A DNA stretch of 64,000 nt from Hormiphora californensis (lineage: Eukaryota > Animalia > Ctenophora): the NCBI GenBank assembly GCA_020137815.1, contig CM035360.1, positions 2,356,001 to 2,420,000 of the forward strand. Direction: 5' to 3'. The notes beneath the pieces are model-generated. The model was given only the letters and a program-made list of their open reading frames with translations, was not told the origin of the DNA and did no database searches. The translations under genes and the position numbers were made by a program. Shown here one piece after another: positions 1 through 14,900 of this stretch (positions are counted from its first letter, which is position 1; every line of letters begins with the position of its first letter).

Positions 1-868
1 GGAAGTTACAGATTGGTCCCATTTGCTGAAGATTCAGTGTAACGGACACGCGCGTACGCGCGCGCATAGGAGAGACGCTTTTTCTGAGCACGGTTCTGAA
101 CAAACAGAAAGAGATAGAGACTTCTCGTTTTCACTAGCTAGTAGATCTACTCAATCATTGTGTTATTAGCGGGGTGAGGCTTTCAATCATCCCCAGGAAC
201 GTCCTACAGAACGTCTTAAAGTCGTCATTTTTCAGACTCTGACCGAACTTCTTTGAGCTCAATTTACACCCTTAAGACGGATTCTAATCGAAAAACGAAG
301 ACTATATCATGGAAAGAGAATTGTCTAAACTTTCAAAAACTGTATAGCGAATTTTCAAAACTGCATGTTTAAGGGTCTTAAAACGCGTCTGAAGTGTTAT
401 GACTGTTTAAAAATAGATATAACGATATGGGTTTTTTCGCCATAGCGATCTCAAATCGTATCCAATCGATCTCAAACTTGGTCAGTTTCTTCATCTAGGT
501 AATCCCGATGATATGACGTCGTAATTATGACGTTGTAATTATGACGTCATTTTATGACGTCAAAATGACGTCAAAAATGAAATTTTCTCAATTTCGCGAT
601 TCCATCCTCTCTGTACCTGTTCTACTACATCTAAATGGATAAAAATCCCAAAAATAATGCAAATTATACCAAAACTAATTAAAATTAGTAGGCCGGAAAG
701 GTTGCCCTATGATTTGAGCTACCTTTGGCACCAGTACATTCCCTTTTGAAGATAGAGTAAGCATCTGCCATACCCTGTCTGTACCCCGTGAATGTTACGG
801 TGGAAAAGATAGCTCAAATCATAGGGCAACCTTTCCGGCCTACTAATTTTAATTAGTTTTGGTATAAT
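1..868. mobile_element. Unclassified non-autonomous element (runs off window) ending in a ~205-bp hairpin module
   Basis: 663-725 is inverted-repeated at ~805-868 (attataccaaaactaatt...aattagttttggtataat). The whole 1-868 stretch recurs in reverse orientation at ~14718-15597. Confidence 0.75.
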
Positions 869-1346
869 TATAATATACATAAAAAAGTTTCTTACAAAAG
901 CGTTTCTTAAAAAACGAGAGTAAGGTATGTCTAATAATATATAATTAATAATAAGAAACTTTTCAAATGTAAATCACACAATTCAGAGACACCACAACAA
1001 AATAGAACACCCCTAACTTGTTTAGTTTCTTGATAAAGGAGAAGTTGTTTTTGGATTGCTTACACCTGTAGTTTCCTAGAAAAAAAGTTTCTTATTTAAA
1101 AGTTTCTTGAAATATGCGAACTTAATTAACGAGAGTAAGGTATATTCATAAAAATTATATTGTTCAACTCTCGGTGGGAGGCGTATTCTACGTGTAGTTC
1201 AACCGTCCAGAATTCTGGTTCTGCAGAACCAGAATCTTGCGAGTTAAAGTTTAAAATCTTTAAACTAAGTTTGTCTGTTATATGTCATGGATATTATGTA
1301 TTTTGAATCTCGAATTCCTCTTTCTATTAAAAAAATTTCTTCGCAG

Positions 1347-1980
1347 GTCTCAGTTCCCAAGGTGCATCAAATGCCGCCGCCTTCTTGGCTCAGCAACAGC
1401 AACTCCAGCAGTCTGGATTCCTACAGGTTGGGTGGGGTAGGGGGCAGAGTTAGGGTTACTATGGTAACCACTACTATTGTTAACTATCACCTGGTTACCA
1501 TGGTAACCCCTCTACTATTGTTAACTATCACCTGGTTACCATGGTAACCCCTCTACTATTGTTAACTATCTCCTAGTTACCATGGTAACACTTCTACTAT
1601 TGTTAACTATCTCCTAGTTACCATGGTAACCCCTCTACTATTGGTAACTATCACCTAGTTACCATGGTAACGCCTCTACTATTGTTAACTATCACCTATT
1701 CAGGTAGCTCCAGCTCAGTACACCTCTCCCCACTACCCAACAAGCTACGGCCAGCATGCAGAAAGCCAGTAATGACGCCGCTGTGGCCGCTGCTGCGGTG
1801 GCGGCTGCAGGAGCCGCTCATGCAGCCGCTGCTGGGGCTGTAGTCCCGAGCCCTGCCGCCCCCGGGGGAGGAGGAGACCCGATGATAGCACCAACTCTAG
1901 TGGCTGCCCCCTCTCTACTCCCCTCCGCCCTGGCTGGTAAAGCCAGTCAAATTAGGAAACTCTACAAGGCGTTGCTTTAA
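1347..1980 (+). CDS. Last two coding exons of an unidentified gene with a Gln/Ala-rich C-terminus
   Basis: Exon 1347-1426 (cgcag|...LSSQGASNAAAFLAQQQQLQQSGFLQ|gt). Last exon from 1708 (LQLSTPLP...KALL*, stop at 1980) or from 1704 (VAPAQY...ESQ*, stop at 1772). AATAAA at 1994. Confidence 0.6.
1460..1700. repeat. ~40-bp intronic tandem repeat with a palindromic core
   Basis: About 6 units of ctactattgttaactatcacctggttaccatggtaacccct (core GGTTACCATGGTAACC), running into the splice acceptor. Confidence 0.9.
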
Positions 1981-2126
1981 TAATGAGACGTTGAATAAAA
2001 GGGTGTTACCCCCCATAATTGAGATTAAATAGAGATATGACCCCTGATTGGTATCAAGTTGAGAGAGAGATGTGATGTACAGTACGCTTCAAGCTGTGTG
2101 AATATATTAAGGGTTCCCGACAATTT

Positions 2127-2172
2127 TGAGTGAGAGTGTGAGTGTGTGTGTGTGTGAGTCAGTATGTGTGAA

Positions 2173-2210
<38 letters not shown>

Positions 2211-2213
2211 TGA

Positions 2214-2256
<43 letters not shown>

Positions 2257-2357
2257 TGTGAGTGTGTGTGTGTGTGAGTCAGTAGTGTGAAAGTGTGAGT
2301 GTGTGAAAGTGTGCGTGAGTCAGTATGTGTGCGTGAGTCAGTATGTGTGAAAGTGTG

Positions 2358-2399
<42 letters not shown>

Positions 2400-2610
2400 T
2401 GAGTGTGTGTGAGTGTGTGTGTGTGTGTGTGTGCGAGTCTGTCAGTGAGAGTTTTTGTGTGAGACGTGAGTTTGATTCTGTCTTTGTGTGATGAGTCTGT
2501 CTGCTTGTGCGTGAATTTGTGTTGACTACAAATTATGTGTCTGCGTGTGTGTATAAATCTTTGTAAGAACTGGTGTGTGTTTGTCCCTTTGGTCGTGTGT
2601 GTTTGTGTGT
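2127..2610. repeat. Degenerate (TG)n microsatellite
   Basis: Long TG/TGAG runs; explains the spurious HT-rich ORF at 2279-2710. Confidence 0.95.
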
Positions 2611-2612
2611 TA

Positions 2613-3006
2613 GGGTCACCACACACCAAAGTTAAAATTAAAATTAAAATTTGACGTTTTTGGTCATAACTCTGCCATTTCTTGGCAAAATTGCTTCTTT
2701 TTGGGCTCATTTGAAAGAGGGCATCGAGCCCGTTCTGAAGAGCTCAAGAAACTTAAAATCGGTGCAGAGTGCGCGGCGTTAAGGCGCATAATGCGCGCGT
2801 TAAAATTTTAAAATTTTAACGCACACATTTTGCACTGTAACGCCGCGCACTTTGCACAGATTTCAAGTTTCTTGAGCTGTTCAGAACGGGCTCGATGCCC
2901 TCTTTCCAACAAGCCCAAAATGAGGCAATTTTGCCAAGAAATGGCAGAGTTATGACCAAAAACGTCAAATTTTAATTTTAATTTTAACTTTGGTGTGTGG
3001 TGACCC
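2613..3006. mobile_element. Palindromic MITE, PIF/Harbinger (Tourist-like)
   Basis: GGGTCACCACACACC...GGTGTGTGGTGACCC, almost fully palindromic 394 bp, with a TTA direct repeat on both flanks (2610-2612, 3007-3009). Confidence 0.85.
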
Positions 3007-4194
3007 TTAATCATCATCTAGTTACCATGGTAACCACTGTGTTTGTCCCTTTGGTTGTTCGAGTGTTTGTGTGTCAGTTTGCCGGAGAGTTGAAATAAAA
3101 TGAACAGTTTGTGAGTTTGAGTATACATATTATATATAAAGTTTGAGACAGAGAGTTTGACAGAAATTGAGAGAGTTTGTTCATAATTATGTGCGTGAAA
3201 ACAATGTGTGGTTTGTAGACTATCCCCGGTTGATTCGGATTGAGTGAGAGAGTGCTTCTAAAACGATTTGCGTGAATTATATGATGAGCGATCCATAATG
3301 GATACAAAAATAATACGCATTTGTATCTTTTTTTCTACTAACTTTTTGAGTCTATTTTGATTGTTCTGGAGCTTAGTTAATGGTAGATCATATCAGGTAA
3401 AATCCGTGATATTAGTATATTTATAATGATCTTATGTGACTTTTTTACTGTTGATCTATTCAAATTGTCGGTTTAGATTAATACAATATGACCCGTTCCA
3501 AACGATTAAGTTAAGTAAATATTTAAAGGATTAATAAGTACTAACTATTATTAATATTAACATGGATGATTAACAAGTATATAATGAACGTATGATTAAT
3601 ATCACAAGATATAATGCGTTAAATCAAGTCATGTGCCTATGACAGAAACGTTATTGTAAGTGCAATATTGAAGATCACTTCAAATATCTATTTATTTCCA
3701 TAAACCTGACTCCTCTTTCTTTTCATACACTGTCTGGCGCCGTCAGACCCCCGTTTTTATTCTAAACCGTTTAGATCCGGTTGGCACGCTGCCAGACAGT
3801 TCATGATTACGCGATCAGCTGATTCAATGAATTATTGAATTCAATTTCATCCTGATCAATCAATTATTGAGTAATTGATTGATAATGATCATCATATCAA
3901 TGCAGTGGGAACTCACAATTGCGTCAAATGAGAGCTGCCGCAGTGAGTCAAAATGTTGGGACGGCACCTAATTGGAATATTTTACTGCGCGTAATTTATT
4001 TGCGCGTTTCAATGCGCGGCTCAAACAGATTAATGCAAGATAAGATGATATGAAATTTCATAAAAATTTGTCTCCTAAACTTTTTAAATTTGTTCGGGAA
4101 TCGTAAAATATTGAAAAGAGCTACCTTATCCCGTGCTGCCTATCGGGGGCCAGCAGCGTATGCCAACGTAAAATACGTACCTGGGTGTTTAAGA

Positions 4195-4394
4195 GGGATC
4201 CCTTAAAAAATTTCAATATCTACACAGCGTTTACACCAGTTAAGCCATTACGGTTTTTCCACGGTAGCGTGGGAAGAAAAATTTCGAAATCTGCGCTGTG
4301 ATTGGCTTAAAATTTCCATCGTCAGCAATTTCAGCCAATCACAGCGCACTGGTGTAAATGCTGTGTAAATACTTAACTTTTTTAGGGATCCCTA
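4195..4394. mobile_element. Short palindromic MITE-like element
   Basis: agggatcccttaaaaaa...tacaccagt is inverted with actggtgtaaa...ttttagggatcccta. Internal hairpin gcgctgtgattggct/agccaatcacagcgc. Confidence 0.65.
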
Positions 4395-4857
4395 GTGCCT
4401 TCACTCACGGATTTTAGGGCTAGGTCGCAGAGCTGAGGGGCCTGTACCATCCGCCAAGCATTTACACAGCCTTTTATTTGCACAGTATTTACACCCATAG
4501 TGCGTGCTGCACATTTCGACTTTTTTGTTGACCACTTCGAAATGTGTGCTTCACACTTGGCTGAAGAAATGACGGAGCTATGGTCAAAACTTCCAAATTA
4601 TGTGCTAAAAAGTGTCTGACTTAACCGTGAACCTTGACTGAATCGAGTGCCGCGGCTAGAAAGTTCGCTGAAAACGCTGCAAAAAAAGGATCCAAGCAGT
4701 CTCAACACAGTCTGATTTGCAGAATGGTACATTTTTTGCAACAATTTAATCAGTGACAATTTCTAGTACGGGAGGCTCTACTAGGAACTTATTACTGACA
4801 CTTGTGTATTATCTACTATAGAGAGTTTTGTACTAACCAGTTACCTCTGTAGCAGTC

Positions 4858-5934
4858 ATGCCCCCTAAAAAGCAGCAGGGAGGAGGGAAGAATGAGCAGA
4901 AGAAGAAGGAGAAGGTTTTGGATGACAAAACTTTTGGGATGAAAAATAAAAAGGGGAAAAAACAACAGCAACAGATTCAACAAATTAAAAGTCAGGTAGG
5001 ACAGTTTTACGATTTCTGGAACTACATTCAAGTGTAAGGGGATCATGAACAATTACATTTATTGCATTACTTAATTTTAATTGGTCAACACCATCAGGTA
5101 ATGGGTAACGCTAAAAATAAGAACAAGGAACTCGAAGACAAGAGAAAGGCACAGGATCAGAAGAAGGCTCAAAAAGGTAACTCGTTACTCGACCCTCTCT
5201 TTTTCTCTCTCTCTCTGTGGACCGTTAGAATATAACAAGTAACTCGAACGAGGCTTAATTATAATTTATTCCTGGAAAAACCAATAGTTTTAAATATACA
5301 GTGACTTCCTAGAAAACCGTTGGCTGAATCCTAATTTACACCCAACGTTGATTGGCTGGCTAGTTAAATCCTCATTTAATCCCAGACTTGGTTGGTTAAA
5401 TCCTAATATTAATCTTTAAACAACATCCCCCCTCAGAGGAGCTGAACCTGCTATTCCGGCCCGTCCAACAAGTGAGCGCAGGAGGGGACCCTAAATCTGT
5501 AGTGTGTGCGTTCTTCCTACAGGGTACTTGCCAGAAGGGTGCAAAGTGTAAATTCTCTCACGACAAATCCCTGGCGAATAAGAGCGAAAAGAGGTCTCTG
5601 TACGCGGATAAGAGAGAGGAAGAGGAAAAGAAGGATGGAATGACAGCCTGGGACCAGAATAAACTAGAGGAAGTGATCGCCGAGAAACATGGGGAGAAGA
5701 ACAAGAGGCAAACAAGTGATCAAATTTGTAAACATTTCCTTAAAGCAGTGGAGAAGAACGTTTATGGCTGGTTTTGGGAGTGCCCCAATGGTGACAAGTG
5801 TTTGTACCGGCACGCTCTACCACCTGGTTTCATCTTGAAGAGGGATGTGGTGAAGGGAGAGAAGAAGGAGGAGTTAACTCTTGAGGAATTAATTGATATT
5901 GAGAGGAAAAAGCTGGGCACTAAAGTTACCAAGG

Positions 5935-5974
<40 letters not shown>

Positions 5975-8900
5975 TGTATATATATATACTGTTCTTTTTT
6001 CAACCAGAGTGTTCGTGTGTGTCATATATTTAATCGAGGATATACCGCTCTGATGACTCGTCGGAGCATCGCCAATATTTTGACATGTTTCCGTCGGGTA
6101 TGGGCGGTATATAAGCGCGGAATATTATTATTATTATTATTATTATATATTGTATATACTGGGAGTAGACACACACTCACAAACCCCCACACACATGTGA
6201 GTGGGGGTTTGTGAGTATGTATGTGAGTATGTATGTATACATGTACATGTATGTATACATTGACCCCTCTACTAACATACATATAAGAAGGTATATATGT
6301 ACCAAGGTATTTAACTGGGGTTGAAACTGGTGGTAGTACATAGTTGGTAACAATGGTGCGCCATCATATTGATTATTGGCCGCCCGCATAGCGTTGCCTA
6401 GGACTGCGTGGGCGACTAATATGACAGAGCACCACTGTTAAGCTGAATGATTATTTACAGAAGATCTATAATAGATTCAAATTAAAAAGTATTTACCATT
6501 GTGATTATGATTTCTCTATCTACAATTTCAGGTTACATTCGAGACCTTCACAACATGGAAGGCTAAGAAGTTGAGGGAGAAAAAAGATAAACTTATTCAA
6601 ATTAATAAAAAGAAAAAGAGAGACTTTAGATCAGGTAAGGTGGAATTGTAGTTTTTAGCATTAAATTCTCTGCTCATATAACACAAGATACAGTAAATTA
6701 AAACGCAGACTAGAAAGATGCAAGCTACATCAAAACTATTGCAAGCTACATCAAAACTATTGCTTTTTTAATTGCTATTTCAACTCCGATATATGAAAGC
6801 TGGGGCTTTTAATAATGCTAGAGAACTCGTCAAGTAACCCAGCCCAATGCAAGTGTAACCCCAGCCCAATGCAAGTGTAACCCAACCCAAATCTCATGTA
6901 CCGGGGGGGGGGGGGGGGGGGGTCCCAACTGTATCAGACATAGGGTGGGTGGGTCCCCTGCATGTACTTTGAAATCAGTTCCTGTTGATACAGAGGGGTA
7001 GTGTAGTCTAGCCAAAAATGTTTTGAGATTTTTGGCAAAGTTTGCTCAATTACGTTTGAGATTTTTGTGGTAAATTGGCACATTATTTTCTGCCAATACT
7101 CAGTTTTTCGTCATATTTTTTAGCTGAAAACCATACTATCAGTTTAATAACATAATTAGGTCAATGTGATATTCCAGTGAAAAGTCTCTAAACCATTCCC
7201 AAGTGGCTATAGCCATATGGCCAAAAACGGCTATGTGCGGATCTAATTATCCAATTATCTAATTAACCAGACGAGCTAAAGACTTAATTCCAGCACCAAC
7301 CCCCACTAATGCGAGGACGCGCTGGACACTTTAGTGCCCTCGGTTTTTCATCTACTCCTTTCCTAAGACGATTTGCGATTTGATTGATGACTACAAATAC
7401 ACTGTAATCAATTAGGGCAAATTAGGGGCACTTCGCCCAACACTTGGGCTTGGGATTTTTTTGGTGGTCCAGGGGCCTATTTACCATCGGATTGTGCAAA
7501 AATTAGCTTGCCCCTAATGATTTCTAGGTTTTAACAACAATTCTCAGCCTTAATACTTGTGGCAAGCTTAATTTATTTTACAGATTCAAAATTTCAAAGT
7601 TTACTTTCAGTTTCAAAACCTTTTATTCCAATGCCCATAAGCAATTGAAATTGCCTAGGAAGAATGACTGCTCAAAGTAGGTTTAAAGTGAGAGTGGACC
7701 GACACTGAATTTGACAAGGTTGTTGTAGGTAGTTGAGATTATTTCTCTGAGCATTTTGCTTTTTCCCCGCTTAAAATTGACCTCTCCATCACTGAGATAC
7801 TTTTGTTATGTTGGGAGCATGACGTCACGCATCTATCTCTGTATTCTCTCTGTAGGTAGTACATCGAACATGCCCGGGCGCGCACACATACAGAATACAA
7901 GAGATAGATGCGTGAAGTCATGCTCCCAACATAACAAAAGTATCTCAGTGATGGAGGGGTCAATTTTAAGCGGGAAAAAAGCAAAATGCTCAGAGAAATA
8001 ATCTCTACTACCTACAACAACCTTGTCAAATTCTGTGTCGGTCCACTCCCACTTTAAGGTTAGTTGAAAAACTAACTAAAGAATGTTGAAACAGTATCTC
8101 GTCCTTGCTTGCAGAATATAGTGCCGTATTTTCTATGAAATATATATGAGGGACCTGGTTCCATAATGGTATAAGTGCAGATATACCAAAATGGAGATAA
8201 CAGTGGGAGCATGTTTGGGATGGTCTAATGTACCTCCTGACCAATTTTGGTGAAGATCTGACCTCGGGAACACAAAAAAAAACTTTGGTACATCTTAACT
8301 TATACCACCACTTTTGCAGTTTTTTGGCCTCCTTGGGATATCTTAAGATAGTACAAAGGCTTCAAAATACGTAATGGTATATGTTGAGATACTACTAAGT
8401 TATAAAATATGAGTATGGTATATCTGTAGATATTTTGGGGGTATATCTGCAGATGTACCACCCTTAGACAGTTACCATATATGGTATATCTGCAGATATA
8501 CCAATTATTAATAGAAGTTTTGGTATATCTGCAGATGTACCAATTAGAAATAGAAATTTTGGTATATCTGCAAAAATGCACCTTCAAAAAAATATAAAAC
8601 TAGGTACATCTGCAGATATACCAGCCAATATTTTTTATAAACGGTGGTATATCTGCATATGTACCACTTATCTAAAACAATAATGGTATATCTGCAGATA
8701 TACCACTTATAATAATAGGAGGTTGGTATATCTGAGACTAAACTTTTTCTACGGGCCGAGAATTTTTGCTGTTTTGTTGGAATCTGTTACTTTTTACTAG
8801 AAGTTGAAGATAATTGCTTGAGGTTTCTAAAATGCATAGGGTTAACGGGGTAAGATTGTATATTCAATGGAGTGCAACTGCTTGAAGTTTAAAAAACAGT

Positions 8901-11900
8901 TTTTTGCGATTATCTCAAAATGCACTTTCTGCAGATATACCATTATGGAACCAGGTCCCTCATATGTATTATTTATCGCCCGGTTGCGGGAATATCTCGC
9001 AGTGCGTATTATCAACATAAGTATATCTCATCACTGCACTGGCAAGTGCCCCATCTCACCTCTTATAAGGTCATCCTAAAACATTATAAGATCAAATCTG
9101 AAAGGATAAACTCAGGCGCAGAAAATTTAATTTCGCCCGAATCGGGGCCAGTGCAGTATACCATACGGATGCGACTTTCACCCTTTTCGAGCTTCTATTT
9201 AACCATGTTTCCGACAAGCTAGCACACTGAAATTTTTTATGTAAAGCTACCTCAATGATATCTATTAGTGTTCAAAATTTCAAGTGGATCGATGGTTCCG
9301 TTCAAAAGTTACGAGGGGGGTCCCAAACGCTTGCTTTGTATACATACATACATACGCACCACCTTTTTGCAAACCAAATTGAGCAAAAACGGCTGGATTT
9401 AGAGCTTTTTGTCTGGGGGATGACCCCCCATAAATTGACCATTCTGCGTATTATTGGATACAAAAAATTTTGATTTGAGCAAAGGAAGTCATTAATTATG
9501 CATAATTTATGTATAATTTTTGAATATTTCGACATTAACTGGTCCTAGGACGTTTTCATAGACATATTTCGATGCAGAATAGTCGATTTATGGGGGGTCG
9601 TTGCCCGGACAAAATGTCGTATCTCGCACCGTTTAGCCGTTATTTGCATATTTATGCACCGATTCATGATATAATGCATATTCTGAATATTTCCACTTCA
9701 GGTGGTCCTAGAACGTTTTCATAGATATATTTCGACGCAGAATAGTCGATTTATGGGGGGTCGTCCCCCAGACAAAAAGTCGTATCTCGCACCGTTTAGC
9801 CGTTATTTGCATATTTATGCACTTATCCATGATTTAATGCATATTCTGAATATTTCCACTTCAGCTGGTCCTAAAACGTTTTCATAGACATATTTCGACG
9901 TAGAAGAGTCGATTTAGGGGGGTCGTCCCCCGGACAAAAAGTCGTATCTCACATCGTTTAGCCGTTATTTGCATATTTGTGATACCTGTTTACAAAAATC
10001 CTGAGAAACTAGACCAAAAAACAAAGGAAATTTGTTTGGAACACCCGTGGCCTTTTGTCGATACTTGACGCTGCGGGAAATGCACCCTTCGTCAGAGCAA
10101 GACGCGAGGAAGAGTGAGAGAGAGAGTGTGCGTGACGTGTGTTAGAACTTGGAGAGAGATGGCACAACTATACCTAGTAGCTCAGATTATGGGTGCATTT
10201 CCTGCAGCGTCAAGTATCGACAAAAGGCCACGGGTGTTCTAAACAAATTTCCTTTTATTTTTGGTCTAGTATCTCTATATACCAACAAGTCTCAAATGCT
10301 CAAATGTTCAAGTCCTCTGATCATATAAAATCAAAGGGGCGCAGCTAGAGCATTGTTCTTTCAACGATACGCTTTTTATCAGGCCATTGAGACTTGATCA
10401 CTTATCACTGATAAAAGCATTTTAACGCATTTGTCACGATGAGTATTGATGAAAGAACACAGTCGTAGTCGAGTCGATAACTACCTACATCGACCGAATC
10501 AGGAAATACTGGTCCCTGATTGGCTGATAACCAGTCACGTGACCTTAATAACGAGTTCTGATTGGTTGTTTACTTGTTTCGGTCGGTTCCTGTTACTAAG
10601 CGGTTCTTCTTGGAACATCATTAGGGACCAACTTACAAAAAGTACCCAGGTATTTTAACCATAAGCACTCGGGTATGTTTGTATCAAACGCATCATGTGA
10701 GGACCACAAAAAGCGTGGTATATAGCTCCGAGCATGTCTCCCTGGAGGTCCCTGGTTCAATTCCCGGTCAAACCCAGTATTTTTCTATTTTCTTCCCTAT
10801 TCTTGCTCAGATCTCCTTATTCAAAATGTATTCCATTGAACAAAAATAATTAGAAGATGGAGCAATTTCTTCCTGCTGCTACCCTTTCCTAACGATTAAA
10901 ACAATTTGCTGATCACAGCGATTAAATAATTATAACATCAATCAGTGCATTCGAAAAGCGAATAAACAATATCATATCAGCTCAAAATAATATGTTTATT
11001 GCATTGCGTACATAGGCCAGTATGTACTTGTTTGTGTCAAAGATATCGGGAAAGTAACGAGATTTGGTCTCGGTGTCGCCTTGTGCGTGGGTCAGACCCC
11101 CCTAGGCTAGAACTAGTAGTATAGACTTCAACTTTTCAGTCCTTAGTATGACGGTTTGAGCGTGTCATGTAAAATCTGTAACCCCTCTTTATATGTATCT
11201 GTGTTTTAGCACATATATTTGAGTCCAGTCACGAAGTTTGCCACGGTTCAGTTTAGAGGATGACATGGGTTAAGATAGAACCAAACATCAAAATCATTAG
11301 CTCGGTCCTTGTAGCACCTCTAGGTGCCTTGATCATCTTCGACATCAGTCACTAGGTTGTGGCACGGGGGGACTCCCTGTGGGGTTAAATGATCTTCCTT
11401 CACACTCTCATACACTGTCAGAGCATTAGAGCGTGCGAGATCACTGTGGTCAGAGCATTGGTTTGACAACTCATTCATTTCTATCTCTCCGCCATTTTCT
11501 TGATCCTTATCATTTCTAAAATGCTTCCTTACAATTAAGATAACACCGCTCCCTTTCTCCGTCATGGCGCATACCAAAACCGAGATCTTGTAAGAAAGGT
11601 TCATCCACTCCACGATTATATTGTAAAGATCCGTGTACAGTATGGGATTCAGCACGGAGTTAAGGGGTAGTATTGCAATGGAAAATGTCGAATACCATTC
11701 TGTCATATCTACCACCTCGGTCGTGTGGAGGACACAACACACTAAAAAGGGGACCCAGCAACAGAAATCCGTTAGGATTATGGCCGAAATTTTGCTCTGA
11801 AGTTGCCGTTGTCTATCCAGAGCATTTTGCTGTGCAGCGGCAATTTCTGATGATCTGCTACTAAGGATTGCAATGAAAATATGACAAACCACGACAATAA

Positions 11901-14900
11901 CAAAACATACGCAGTGTATGGCAAGGCCCAAAATCCAAACAAATACTGCTTGAGGTTCACTGGGAAGGACAAAGTACTTGAAGATACACGAAGCATCATT
12001 GGCGTAAAACGACTGTTTGACACCCTCAACCCCGGTGATGTCACTTGTAAACATAGCTCTAACGTCTTTCCTAATGGTCTTCCAGCTCAGTCCTCGAGTT
12101 TCACGGTAAACGGACTTGGTGGTGGCATCATTTCCAACGTAACCCTGGATAATGGCTGCGTGTTTCGCTTTGTCAACAAAGCCAGTGAAGAGCTTTATGT
12201 CACTAGGGTATGATAGTCCATTTACAAACATGTCCTCAAGGGACGGTATTAGAGGAACGCAAGCAATCAATCCTGATATAAGAACGATCCCACATTGAAT
12301 CGAGTATATCTTCCTCCTGAATCGAATATCAATCTCCAACCCCCTTCGGAACTGTAATGCACGAGATGTTCCATGGAGTCGAAAACAGCTTAAAAAAGCC
12401 ATCGAGAGAGAAGAAATCCCACTTCCAGTGGCGGTTATGACACCAAACAATCTACAGGGAATGCTTGTCAGCCATTGAAATTGCCGTGTGCAATATCCCG
12501 AGCCATAAACCAGATTTAGAACAAACATGGACGCCAAGTAGACATTTGTACAGATGTCTCCCAGAGTGATCAATCTTGCAAATGACTGCTGCACGAAAAC
12601 TCCTTGGGTTTTAGCTGGTCCAGTAAAGAAAATGTCTTTGAAAAGAACATAGAGATTCAATCCCAATCCTACGCTACCAAAAACTCCAGCTACTATCGTG
12701 AGATCTTCGCTCTTTATCAGCCTTCTGGAACACTTACTGTTACACTCATCAGACAAATCATGGCAGTCAAACGACCCGTCACACAATTGGCTAAGAACTA
12801 AGAACTGAGAGCCACATTTAAAGTTATTGGAGCAATTTCTTTCATCCGACGTATCTCCGCAGTCATCGATTGTGTCACATACTTTAGAGTAGGATATACA
12901 CTTGCCACTTTCACAAACAAAGAAATTGTTGTGGTAGTGATTCTTTTCGGATACCACAAGAGTAAGCGACCCTAAATCTGAGAGAGATAGAATTCGCTTC
13001 CGTATGTTTGAGCAAGAGTTGTGTAGCACTGGTCGGTAATCCAAAGGGCACTCCGCATTGGTGCACAGGCCACTGCATGCCAATAGAACATACTGCTCAC
13101 CGAAATAAAAGCTACAGTCCTTTTGCTTACCATCTGCAATTAGTGTCAACTCGTTTTCATTTCCAAAGAAGTCCCCAAACTTGTGCTCTACTGTGAGTCT
13201 GACACAGTTGGCTCCTGTTTGCCGTGCGAGGTCTTCTAGACCCTTTAGACAGACTGGAGAGTTTTTCGTAAATCCAGAGGTAGGCAACTTAAACCTTACA
13301 TCAAAGATACTACGAATCTGCCGACACATCACCGCCTCGTGACCACAACTATCGATTGTATCACAAACCTCTACCAGCTCAACATAGTTCTCCCTTTTTT
13401 TGTCGCACCACCACACCTCACTACAATTATTCTTGTGATCTCGATAAAGTGTAGTGACCCCATGACCACAGGTAATCCAGTGCCCCTGCCGTTCATCTAA
13501 ATCATCCTGACAATCAAAATCATCATCCAGAATCCACCGGAATGGTATCCTTAGGAATCCTCGGTGGAAGTTAAACCTTCGGACACACTTCTTTGCAGAG
13601 AGCAAGCATCCCCGCTCATCTGCCCCTGTTAAACAATCATCAACCCCATCACAAACAAAGTGCTTGTGTACCCTACAGAACAGCTCTACTTCAAGGCACC
13701 GTGAATCAAGGCCATCATCACAAATAACAACATTCTGTTTTGGGTTACAAAACCCATTCGAGGAGATAGTGGCGGGGTATCTATTAACAAGACACGAGCC
13801 AGCGACGCGGCTCGGATCACTACAATTAGTTTGATCTAAACCATTAGAACAGTATGGTGTCACCTGATCTTTATGATCGTTGTCATCTTCAAAGGGAAAG
13901 CACCGTGTGGCGTTGAACAAGGGAAAGAAAGAATCTACACCCCCGCAATTATTCTCGAGCAAAGTGGGTGGTATATCAGAACATATATCAGAGAACGGGT
14001 ATGTCATTTTTAATGAATTTTTGCACATGAACCCGTACGTAAGGCCATTGCAACGAAGCTCATCAAAACATGGGTTGCGGGTGCCAATAAGGTGTCGAAA
14101 GCCTGATAATGCTACGTTACAGATATTGTTGCAGATGGCTCCAGCTCGATAGGTGTATGTAAAGTTTCCCCAAACAATTTCCGTCACGTTTAGTTCCATT
14201 GTTCCCCCGTTGTCACAGTCACTGGGATCGAGTACCTGCCGGTATTTGCCCGGATCATCAACACTAGCACACCATCCACCGCACTGTGGAAATGAATCCT
14301 GTATATCCATGACGGCCTCCCCAATTGCAACAGTCAAACACGCCTAAAAATAGTTATCAATTAATCTACATGCCTGATATAAACAGTTTATAGACAGATA
14401 TGACATAACTAACCTGGTAGTTGTAAGTGTCGTTTGGGCAAGTAGTGTTTACTAAAACTATTGGGGCCCTCCGAATCTTGTCAATTATGTGAGAAGCCTG
14501 AATTTGATTAAAAATTAATTAAAAAAAATGTTAAAGTATGGATTATTTTAGTTAAAGTGAGAGTGGACAGAATCAGAATTTGACAAGTTTGTTGGAGGTT
14601 GTAGAGATTAGTTTTATGAGCATTTTGCCTTTTTGCCGCTCAAAATCGACCCATCCATCACTGAGATATTTTTGTTACTCTCGGGGAACTCCTGTTTAAT
14701 CAGTATGTATAAAACATAATTATACCAAAACTAATTGAAATTAGTAGGCCGGAAAGGTTGCCCTATGATTTGAGCTACCTTTGCCACCGTAACATTCACG
14801 GGGTACAGTCAGGGTATAACCGATGCTTCTTCTATCTTCAAAAGGGAATGTACTGGTGCCAAAGGTAGCTCAAATCATAGGGCAACCTTTCCGGCCTACT

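Noticed and set aside
6040-6115. Hammerhead ribozyme or SECIS suggested by CTGATGA/ATGA in a hairpin (also at 32345-32420)
   Set aside because: There is no GAAA after stem II and no opposing GA for a SECIS core; it is the LINE 3' stem-loop.
7739-8001. Mirror-image 81-aa ORFs on both strands
   Set aside because: Artefact of a palindromic MITE.
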